Of a DNA stretch of 64,000 nt, positions 14,598 through 25,159 are shown piece after piece. Each line of letters starts with the position of its first letter. Position 1 is the first letter of the stretch. The translations under genes and the position numbers were made by a program. The notes under the pieces are model-generated. The model saw only the letters and a list, made by a program, of their open reading frames with translations. It had not been told where the DNA came from and searched no databases. Origin of the DNA: Azolla caroliniana (taxonomy: Eukaryota; Plantae; Polypodiophyta); NCBI GenBank assembly GCA_043228905.1, contig JBHGNT010000009.1:1736001-1800000 (forward strand). The letters run 5' to 3'.

Positions 14598-15176
14598 ACC
14601 ACAATGTGATTCTTTTGTGTTGAGATACAATAGATAATGACAATAGCCATGCAAAATTTGCAAAATCTCTATGCAATGTGACTATATACACATTTATAAA
14701 TTGCAGAGGGGTAATAAACATTCTTTTCCAAGAACACACAATATGTATGTATATTGGGAGAAAGCTAAATATTTATTTATGTAATAACTCTTAAATTGCC
14801 ATACTTTGACTTATCATTTCCTTCATGTTATAATGCATTAGGAAACATGATCCATATGAATATCTTCCAAAGGTACTCAAGAAGGCAACATTCATAATTT
14901 TGGGCTTTCTTAAGAGGCTACACGTTTTTAATTTGTCGTTCTTTTATGCTCGGAACAATACAACTCTTATAGACTATGTGAGTTTGTGTGATGAGGGTTT
15001 CAGGAGAATGTTTCGACCTTCTTTAATTCATTTTCATTAGTGACATGATGTGTGTCACTAATGACTTCCTTCATGATTGGTGTCATTAGTAACATGGAGT
15101 ATGTTGATGACAGGATAATGTGCAATATCTTATTGCATTACATTGTGTAATATCTTGCATATGTTCATTACATACC

Positions 15177-15450
15177 CACTTTGGAGAGTTTATTTTTGAT
15201 CTTTTACCACTTTGGAGAGTTTATTTTTGATCTTTTATATATTATTACTGTGTGTCACCCAAAAAAAATGTATTATAGTTTTTTTCAAATCATGCATTGA
15301 GTTATACTTTGGCACTTTATTAAGTAGGCAGCTAGATGTTATCTTCTACATATATATTATTTGTGTCACACAAACAAAAATGTATTATAGTTTTTTTTAA
15401 TCATGTATTAAGTTATACTTTGGCACTTTAGTAAGTAGGCAACTAGATGT
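15177..15450. repeat. adjacent tandem duplications (~30 bp x2 and ~118 bp x2)
   Basis: ccactttggagagtttatttttgatctttta twice; then atattatt..tgtgtcac...gttatactttggcacttta.taagtaggca.ctagatgt twice. Confidence 0.75.
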
Positions 15451-16513
15451 CTAGTTCCCCTAGTCAAGAGTAAAGGCCATGCATTGCCACATTTTGTTGC
15501 TTGTCATAAGTGGAATACTTCACACACAAGAATCATGATGTGTTGCGGATCTAACCCACTCATATCAACCATGAAAATTTTAAATTTGAGGAATCAAATG
15601 AACACGATGATGGAATGCTATTAGTAGCTATACACAATGAATTTCAAGTCTCATGGTAACGTGGACACATTGTGTGCTTCTTCTAAAGTAGAAGACACGT
15701 GGCATGACTAGACTTACCAACATAAAATGAGCGAAATAAACAACAAATATTATGGTTCCAAATTCTAATTGGTCGTAGCTATTTTATGTCGAAAACCTAG
15801 GGGGGCATGAATGGTGGCAAACCATATTATGCCAAGGGAAGTGATAAAGTGTCCTATAACATATATTAGTATGAGAGAGATAGAGAATAGAATAGATTCT
15901 TTATCGTTTACGAGGAAGGGTTGTTAAGTGATGGCAAACCATATCATGCCACGGGAAGACATCAACGATCCAATAGTATATGCTAATATAATCTTAATGT
16001 GACTCCTTCAGAAGAAACAGGGTAATGAGTTGGTAATAAACACTCTATATGTGAAAATAATGCACCTCATCATCTTTCTTGGTGGAGATTTGAGTATGAC
16101 ACTTAATTATCATTCTCGTCTAACAAGTCAATATACTTCTCACCCACATCATACTTGCACTTTGAAAAGCAACACTTCGACCACCATAACATTGAATAAC
16201 ATTAATCTCATTGCCCATCCTTGAGTATTAGTTTTATTGCATTTCCACTTGTTTTCCGATGGAAAATCAAGGCCAAGATATTCAGAGCTTTGCACAATTT
16301 GTATTGGTCCTATATTGTAACTTTGAATATAAAAGTGGGGTAATATCTTGGTTGAATTGCTTTTCTTGCTATTATTTTTGTTTTGTACACGTTAACAATA
16401 AGCCCATTGATCTGATACATACACACATACATACATACATAATCTTGTTTTGTACACGTTAACAATTAGCCCATTGAAGCAGGTATCCGTGTGTTTGGTT
16501 GACATACATATAC

Positions 16514-16545
<32 letters not shown>

Positions 16546-16696
16546 TACATGTACCTACACACTACATGTAAATAGACATGTATATGTACCTTCACACTAC
16601 ATGTACATATGTATACATGTAGATGTAGATGTAGATGTAATGTTCTACCGCATCTTCTAATATGTACAATTTCTATTTGTTAAAAAAGACAAAGCC

Positions 16697-17280
16697 ATGA
16701 CTTTTCTCGTAAGATGATGGGGTTTAGGGCATGGAGGGAGACATGAAAGAAAAGTATTTTTAATAGTCCATGGGATATATTATGTGCAATGGAACATAAG
16801 GATTATACTAAGTCCGGGTCTTCTCTTCAACATAAACAATGCCATGTCTTTTATGTTGGAGTCATTGGAGGACTTTATTCAGGTGTAATTCTTATTGTGA
16901 GGGATAGATTGTTATCGATAGCGGTTCAAAAAGACGTAAATGGTCGATTCTTAGTGGTTGAAGTTAACTATGAAGGAGAAAGGATTTGGATGGTTAGTAT
17001 TTACGCACCAAATGTTGCAGGGCAGCATATGGATCTTTGGAGATGTTTAAATCAAGTTTTACGTCATGGAAGAGTAGGGTTTTTGTTAGGTGATTTTAAT
17101 ATATGCTCTGAGGTGGGTGTCGATCTACTTCAATGCATAGCTCGATGGATGCCCCCAAATGAGGGGTTTTGGGATTTGTTTATGGTGGAGGTGTTAAGGT
17201 ATAATGCATGGACTTGGATCAATGTAACTAATGATGGTTATACGTTTCAATATAGGTCAACTTGTCAACCAGCCAAATGT
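16697..17280 (+). mobile_element. LINE ORF2 apurinic-like endonuclease fragment (pseudogenised)
   Basis: ORF 16789-17415 has EHK, YSGVILIV, GRFLVV, VSIYAPN, LLGDFN and GYTF motifs of L1/Tx1 AP endonucleases. Upstream stop and loss of homology after ~17280. Confidence 0.85.
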
Positions 17281-18641
17281 CATCATCGCTTATATTTGGT
17301 CTTTTCTTTGATGATATATACTTGTAGAGATGAAACAATATTTTATACTATTTGTATAGTGTCTTTGGCCTTTTTAATTTTAATACCAATGGAGCATATG
17401 TTTTATGGAAAATAAAAATAAAAATAAAGGTAAACTTGGATCACATATATACATGATGCACGGCGAGACATTTTTGCTAGAGTTTTTGATTATGCAAGTA
17501 TATATGGGGATTGAATCATCATATCATTTTCAGGTTGTTTTGGAATGCACATTTCAAGTAGTTGATGAATGGTTTTAGGTCCCCTTATTGGAAAGACAAA
17601 CCCACTGGGATTTAATTCTTCTTTTCTTGGTCATGATAACTGTAAACATGATATGGGATCATGGTGGAGGAGTTTACGAGACAAGTCAATGCCCATGGTG
17701 TAACTTCTTCATGGGGATATTTGTCTTTCTAATATTCAACAATTTACACACGTTATTGTGGGATTTATCAAGCATCCATCCACAGACATAAAATGAGATT
17801 AATCCAACAAAATTTTCCAGGCAAATGTAAGAAATAATTATACATTCGTTGGCAGGAAATCCCATTTTGTTGATGCGTAGTTGGATATTCAGTTAGTGTC
17901 ATTGTCCCAAGCTTTACGAGCTCTCTTGGACATTTGTAGTTACCACGTGTCACAACCAAAGCTTTGGAGATTTGATGGCGATTTCGACAAAAAGATGACA
18001 ATTATAACAAAAGAAAGAAGTCTCAATGACAGAACTAGAAGACAAGAATTTGAAAGAGTGTTAAGAGACCTTTGCTTTAAATTTCACAATTTGCTATTCA
18101 CATAAAGTTAAAATTTGAGTTTTGTATTCACATTATTAAAAGTTTTTAATTGAAATGTGTAAATTTCACATAAATTTGTATGGTCACAGGATGAATGTGT
18201 TAATGGTTCAGTAGAGATTCCATGGAACTTTCGGATACAAATACACAAGAAAAGAGTATAAAAAAAATTATCCAGAAAAAGGATGTCAATAGCATTTCTG
18301 AAGGCGAAATCTCTGAAGGTTTTAATAAGTGGGACCCCTCAGAAGAAATGGTGTTCTTGTCTCTCCTGTTAAGACGGAAATATTCTCTTCAAATGAGTTA
18401 AACATTGGCTGATTACTTGATTTAATTGTGAGTGATTGTGATTGTGATTTGATTGATTAAGACAGTACAGGGAAAGAGAGACCTGAGGGCGAAAAGAAAT
18501 TTAGGGCTCTCTCTCTTCTGCAACAAACAAGAAAGCCCATCCGATCTTTGATTGCCTGACTTACTCAGACAGATAGATAGACAGACAGACAGAAACAGAG
18601 TAGAGAAAATCAAACGCCAGGCCATTCAATCTGCTGCCACT

Positions 18642-19091
18642 ATGTGTTTCTGCTTCTTTAGCTCCCCCAAGATCCAATCAGGTACTTCTTCTTCTTCATT
18701 TAATTCCCCATCTTTGTTTTTTTCATCTTTCAAATCACTCGCATTATTCAGCCGCCCCCTCTTTTTGGGTGGGGGGGAGGGGGGGGTTGTTTAATTTTTG
18801 TTATTTATCCATTCAATTGCTTCCCATAAAAATTTCTGTTTAGATCTAACAATAACTAATTCAATGTTCAACAATCCATGAAATACTGGTTCAATTCCAT
18901 TTTAATTAACCTCCAGTCAATTTTAATTCAATGAATCCATATATTATCCTTTAAATGTGAGACCACCATCTCTGCAAAAGAGGTGCATACTCAGATTTAT
19001 AGCAGCAGAGATCCAATCAGGTACTCAAATTAATTCACATCCTCAATTTCTTTCGTTTTTCTGTCTTTCTAATTCGCATTTTAATCCCTTC

Positions 19092-19125
<34 letters not shown>

Positions 19126-20362
19126 GATGAATGATTTCTAATGTTTTTCATCGGAATCATCCATCCCATCGACAGATTAACAAGCTAAATTCTGGATATG
19201 ATTGCATTGGAGTCATTAAGGGCCATGTAATTTATTGTATATCCTAATTAGATGTCTTCGGTGCATAATCGTGGCCATCGGTGATGATGACATGCATTTG
19301 AAGTTTCAAATTATGGATCCCAATAATGATTAACAAGCTAAATGTGGCTAGCCATGTGTAGGGGGAAAAAAACTACTAAAGTGTGTATATATTGTCGTCT
19401 AATTTACGCCCCTCTCGATGGGTAAAATCATGATCTAATCATGACCCCAATCGGATCGTTATGTCCTTTTCCATAAGTGTTTATGTACTACTCAACAAAA
19501 ATATCGCCCGTTAAATTTTGCTATTGAATAGTGAAGGATATCTCGATTCTTTGTGTGACCTATGAATAATTGTAATCATCCACTAGGTAAAAAGTTCATG
19601 GATAGGTCGAATGTTACAAGTTTGATCGTCTTTTGCCCCATTGGATAATTCGAGGGCTCGACCCATTGGATAAATGTGTATAGGATTCTTGTATTACATT
19701 CATTCATTCTAGTTTCTCTCTCAAGATGCCGTCATACATACATATTTGCATGTTTCGTAATGGTGAATTTCATTCCCTTTTAATCTAAGCTTCTTTCATA
19801 CTAGTTCGACTTTATAATGATGGTTGTTTTTTTTCAGCCTCATCGAGTAAGTCGATCGATAATATGGGGATGGACAATATTGGCTACCCGAAGAACCCAT
19901 ATCATGTGGATTACCCGAACAATTATGATATGAATTACCCAAATAATTATAGTATGGATTACCCAAAGAATCCATATTATAATTACTATGGGAATCAACT
20001 TCATCTGTATCCTAAACAAGCTACTTTTGTGTGTGTGCACTCTTTTATCCATTTAGGAGGGATGGAGGAGAAAAAAATTAAAGCTCAATTCTTGCTTTTT
20101 CTAGAGATTGCCTTTTGGTTTTTACTTAACAATTTGTAGACAAGGTAACTATGACACTCCTAATGTGGGCAAACGGATGGATAAACAACGAGCAATAGTT
20201 GTGGTAAATGTTCCGAATTACAAGGATCGTAACAACACTAATGTAATCTATTCAAATGATTGTGGGAGCCATTATGCTTATGGCAATGGAGATGGGCGCG
20301 ATGCTATGAGAAAAGCTACTACACCCCATGGTTTGAGGCTTGATACAATTAAAGCAAGGTAG
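18642..20362 (+). CDS. putative orphan protein (~143 aa), MCFCF N-terminus and Tyr/Pro/Asn-rich repeats
   Basis: ATG in strong context (gccactATG). Exons 18642-18681, 19838-20006, 20140-20362 join in frame across GT-AG introns with polypyrimidine tracts and a CTTAAC branch-like motif. A further exon near 20443-20473 is possible. No family recognised. Confidence 0.5.
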
Positions 20363-22469
20363 CCATCAAATGTTAGAGGTGTTTTTTGCCATCAAATGTT
20401 AGGTGGCTTTTTTTTATATCACGCACGTCATAGGCTTTGCAGTGTGGACATAACCAACAATAGCGCAAGATAGCCATTACAAAAAGCTTCTACTTCACGA
20501 GAATATTTCATTTAACCATCAAGTTATTGTACTCACTCAATTTTGTAATAAGATATGCCTTCAATTTGGTTGTGATAATTTGTGTATACCTTAACTAGTC
20601 TCTTGACGTTTAAAAAAAGTTAAATTATTCGTCCTCTTCTCATAAAAGAGTTTTCGTTACCAAAATTTGGGTACAATATGCTAGATAGCAAAAATTTGAG
20701 TAATGGAATTCCGAAGATATCTACATTTAAACATCTCTCTTCTTTAGCTTAAGTAAAAACTCCACTCCATGGATTTGCTCAAGTTTATCTTGAGTCTCTT
20801 CTATTACAAGGAGGTGAGGGCTAACGATGGCATGAGGCACTTTGGAAATAAAGATGTGCACATGTTGTATGGTATTCAATTCCTTGGAGTATGAATGCAT
20901 TTTAAGATTCACAAGGTTGCATCATATTCTGCACATGTGCATGTGTGTACAAGATTGATCTCTCGCATCTGCTACACATGCATTTGCGACCACAAACTAT
21001 ACTTGTTTTAGAGCCGTTTTGCACCGTGTCCCAGAAGCAACATGATAACATTCCCATATAGTTATTGTATTTCCTTCAGTGTGACCATTTGGGATATAAC
21101 TAGCACATGAAACAAATTTGTATTGATAACCATGGAAACCAACGAAGAGAGAGAAACCAATGATTGAGAATCACTACAAAGGTTCGAATACTTTACTGTA
21201 ATTTTGATTCTTGTTACAAAAATAAATGCTAATTGTGTAGATGAGTACATCATAGCAATAGCTAAAGTATTCCATACCAATAAAAAACTACATAACAATG
21301 CTTGGATGATTAATTTGTTGTATATGTCACGAACATCATATCACAACTATTCTTTATATGCAAGATCACATTGTCTAGATTATTTTAAAGTTATGTGAAG
21401 GCCACAATGGAGCCAACATTATTTTTCATAAATTGATAACATCTTGGAGATGCTTATTAGTGATCATTTGATTTTACCTAGGTTGAATAATGTCATGGAA
21501 TCAAATGGGCTAGCTGACCAGTCTTTTAAATTGGAATAAGCTAGAGAGATTAATCTGTCATCGGAGCATTGCGTTTCTATATACTTGTGTTCACTAAAAG
21601 TAATGATAACAATGCTCCATTAAGCAATTGCGTAGGGTTTGCATCCACATCCCCCAATACAATAATTATGTAGACCTAAAACTTTATGTTGTTAGGGCCA
21701 ACAACACATTGCTAGTTTTATACAACTAAAATGTTAGATGTGAACCTTTGGATGGAATTGTTCTTTATGCCCAATAAATATGGAGTTGTATTCAACATTT
21801 GCCAATAACATCAATGTGCAAACAACGACCAAAAAGTAACCAAATATGAAGATGTGATGGAAAGTAATAAAGAGAAAACAAATAAAAAATGAGTTTATTC
21901 ACAGTCACACCTTTACTCTTGCTTCCTCAATACCAACAATGACAAAGATACGGCCGCGGTCCACGATTACCATCGTTTATGAGCAACTCATTCACCTAAG
22001 TCAATTATCAACGTGAAGGGGATGAGGATATTCTTTCCCTCGAAGAAGAATAATGTGCCTTTTGTAATCAATCTCACCAATAATATTTCTAATCCATCAA
22101 CATTAATCTTTGCAATGTTATGTGTTCACTTCATAATAATTTTGTTATGTATGTTTGTCAAAACATATGAGATTGACTCTTAACATTGGCTTTGGCCCCC
22201 ACCACGTTCCCTTCTCCCCCCCTCTCACCGTTTTTCAAAGCCAATATTGAATGTTGAATGATATATGTGATGCACACTAGTTCAAAATATCAAAAGTAAT
22301 AGACAATCGTTTCAAGAGGAAGGTAAATCAAAGTCTCACATGCACAATCACTCATGATCCCACAACAGTCAAGTGACTCGTTTCTTATGTGGTCTACTTG
22401 TAGAGCATACAATAATTTTAGCAAATTATGACTAAGTGCTTTGCATGAAAGTTTTACCTTTATGAGAAT

Positions 22470-22580
22470 TTTACGTAGATAATGTTGCGAGTATTGATGA
22501 GATTAGAAAGTTGATTAAAAGGTCAATTTATTTATAGCTTTAATATGTGCCTAAGGAACCCACTAAATTCTCATGGAATG
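22470..22580 (+). mobile_element. possible piggyBac-like transposase relic
   Basis: Frameshifted motifs SIDE (22490-22501), KGQ, and (*)YVPKEPTKF (22541-22570) follow the piggyBac pattern SIDExM..FxGR...QYxPxKPxK(W/F)G. No TIRs or TTAA target site identified. Confidence 0.4.
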
Positions 22581-23671
22581 TTTCATCATTATGACGTGAA
22601 TCCTCTTCATTCCAAGTGTGTGGTAAAAGGATATGATTGCATCTTCCTTTTGTCTCTAACGAATTTGCCGGTGGTAATGATGGAATCATATCATCCTCAA
22701 TTTGTGATAATTATGCTTTTTTACTTTCAAAAAGTTATTGAAATGTGGAGGGATATGAACACAATTGTGTAAATCTCCCTTTTCTATTGTTATGAAGAAA
22801 ACCACTTTCTTCCTCTTTAACATTTTAAAAATCATAGATTTACATTAATCGAACAAATGGACCTCTAGATTTGTTGTTGGCATATGAAGACATCTCCACA
22901 TTTGATACTACCAACAATAAGGTAGTTACCATTGGCACTAATGCATGATCAGCTTCAGGTTGCTAGAATACTTGATAATTCTTCTAGGCTTTACTATGGG
23001 CTGCTATTTTAGCCACCCCTTGATATGGTAACCGAGCTTATACTCTATCCATGTGCCACAATCTCGTTAGGCGGCTTCCCCATTTCACATCTAACAAACA
23101 TAGAGTACTAATACCTACCATCTGTGTGTCTATAGAACAAAATAAAGACCCATCCAACCACAAGCTTAAGGCACTAGAATGACTATGTTATATCTCATTG
23201 TTCACCACTTAGTTCCCTTCGAGGTTTGAAATTTTTCATAGTTCTGTTGTGAGCTCCATTAACAATTGTTCTATCCTCAAGATGGAAATATTGAGGCAAT
23301 TCATCATCACATGCATAGGATGAGGGGGGATTAACATGGATTATCGCTCGTCACACAATTAGGGATTTTAGAGGCAATACATTGATTTTTTGAGCATGGG
23401 TGTATCATATGTATCCCTAAGGGGTTGGTTACCTTTCCAAAAGCAGGAGACTCCTTAAAAACCCCTGGTTGTTTTCTCAAGGTGCCCGTGGTCTACGACA
23501 CCTCTTGAGGGATTGATTATATGGTCAATTCAACTGAACCCTTTGCCCTTGGCTACTCTCTTTTCGGACAAATCGAGCAGGGAAATCTTGGTATGGGGGG
23601 GGCATGTGGTGGGAATAGCAGAAACTGTATATAGGGGTATCATGGAGGAATACCAAAAACAGAGGGGATAT

Positions 23672-24971
23672 TGTGGTGTGCATGTGTTCTTAGTGCCACC
23701 CTTTTAGCTCACCCTTTTTAGGATGCACGTACCCAAGTTGACCCACCCTTTTAGCACACCCTTTTTAGGCAAGCCAACCCAAATGGGTTCCGTTGTATCA
23801 AATATAAATTGATTAAGAAGTAAGAAGCTAACTAGACTGGTTTTGATCTCTTATGTGCATTTCACATATTGGTGGAGAAGCGGGGTACCAGTCCCCCACA
23901 TCCAAGCATCCGCCTCTTCCGCTTCGTAGGTAGCATCGCCCTCACCACCATCACCGACACTCTTGTAGTAGTATCTCTTCTATTAGCACCACCTTAGTTC
24001 ACTAGTTAGGCCTCCCGATATCCACCGCTTCATCATCAACATCGCTTCATTGTCTCTATTTTTTAGTTTCTTTCATGTTCGTGTTCGTGTTTTAGTTCCC
24101 GATGAGGGCCGCACAAGGCCACTCACACTCCCGTTGGTGTTCGTGTTCTAGTTCCCGGTGCGGTCTGCACAAGGCCACTCACTCCCGTTGGTGTTCGTGT
24201 TCCAGTTCGCTGTGAGGGCCGCATGGTCGCTCACGCCTGTTCGTGTTCGAGTTCCCAGTGAGGGCCGCATGGTCGCTCATGCCCGTTGGTGTTCGAGTTC
24301 CCGATGAGGGCCACACATGGCTACTCACTCTCGTTGGTGTTCGTGTTCTAGTTCCTGGTGAGGGCCGCATGGTCGCTCACGCCCGTTCGTGTTCAAGTTC
24401 TCGATGAGGGCCGCACATGGCCGCTCACTCCCGTTCGTGTTCGTGTTCCCAGTGAGGGCCGCATGGTCGCTCACTCCCGTTTGTGTTCCAGTCTCCGGTG
24501 AGGACCGCACATGGCCGCTCACTCCAACTATTGTTCGTGTTCCAGTTCCCGGTGAGGGCCACATGGTCACTCACTCGTTCGTGTTCCAATTCTCGGTGAG
24601 GACAACATGGTTGCTCACGCTCGTTGGTGTTCGTGTTCCAACTCTCAGCGAGGACCGTTCTAGTTCCCGGCAAGGACAACACATGGTCACTCATGCCCCT
24701 CAATCTCTTGTTTCTCGCAGGGGGGAAATGTGGTGTGCATGTGTTCCTTTGTGCCACCCTTTTAGCTCACCCTTTTTAGGATGCACGTACCCAAGTTGAC
24801 CCACCCTTTTAGCACACCCTTTTTAGGATACGTGTGCCCAAAATGACCCACCCTTTTAGCACACCCTTTTTAGGCAAGCCAACCCAAATGGGTTCCGTTG
24901 TATCAACTATAAATTGATTAAGAAGTAAGAAGCTAAGTAGACTGGTTTTGATCTCTTATGTGCATTTCACA
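23672..24971 (+). mobile_element. non-autonomous LTR retroelement (TRIM-like), structurally complete
   Basis: 5' LTR 23672-23866 and 3' LTR 24729-24971, both TG...CA and near-identical. PBS TGGTGGAGAAGCGGGGTA at 23870-23887 complements the tRNA-Ala 3' end. Polypurine tract AGGGGGGAAA directly before the 3' LTR. ATAT on both flanks. No gag/pol coding capacity. Confidence 0.9.
24077..24698. repeat. GC-rich minisatellite inside the LTR element, ~12-13 units mostly 44-56 bp
   Basis: Consensus approx. GTTGGTGTTCGTGTTC(C/G)AGTTCCCGGTGAGGGCCGCA(CA)TGGTCGCTCACTCCC. GAGGGCC/GAGGAC cores at ~24104, 24160, 24214, 24260, 24306, 24360, 24406, 24454, 24500, 24554, 24598, 24650. Confidence 0.92.
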
Positions 24972-25159
24972 ATATTATTATTATTATTATTTGTTCTTTT
25001 TTAAAGGTTTTACAAGTTTGAAGGAAGAAAGCCATTCTTTTCACAAGTTTTGAAGAGTTACATGAGATAAAGAAGGAACCAAAAACAGAGAGAGAGAGAG
25101 ATAGATATTATTAAACAAAGCAATAGATAGATAAGATTCAATGGTTCACAGAAGCTTCA

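Noticed and set aside
15034-15063. miRNA-like hairpin
   Set aside because: Only an ~11-12-bp stem (TCATTAGTGACA/TGTCACTAATGA); too short for a plant pre-miRNA.
22850-23670. Gypsy integrase tail, PPT and additional LTR upstream of the TRIM-like element (tandem-array TRIM)
   Set aside because: Purine tracts exist (~23322, ~23595, ~23661) but the sequence does not match the element's interior or LTR, and coding motifs are too degenerate to call.
24077-24698. CRISPR-like array, or protein-coding ORFs 24179-24799
   Set aside because: Units are homologous along their whole length (no unique spacers), the context is a plant LTR element with no cas genes, and the ORFs are translations of the repeat.
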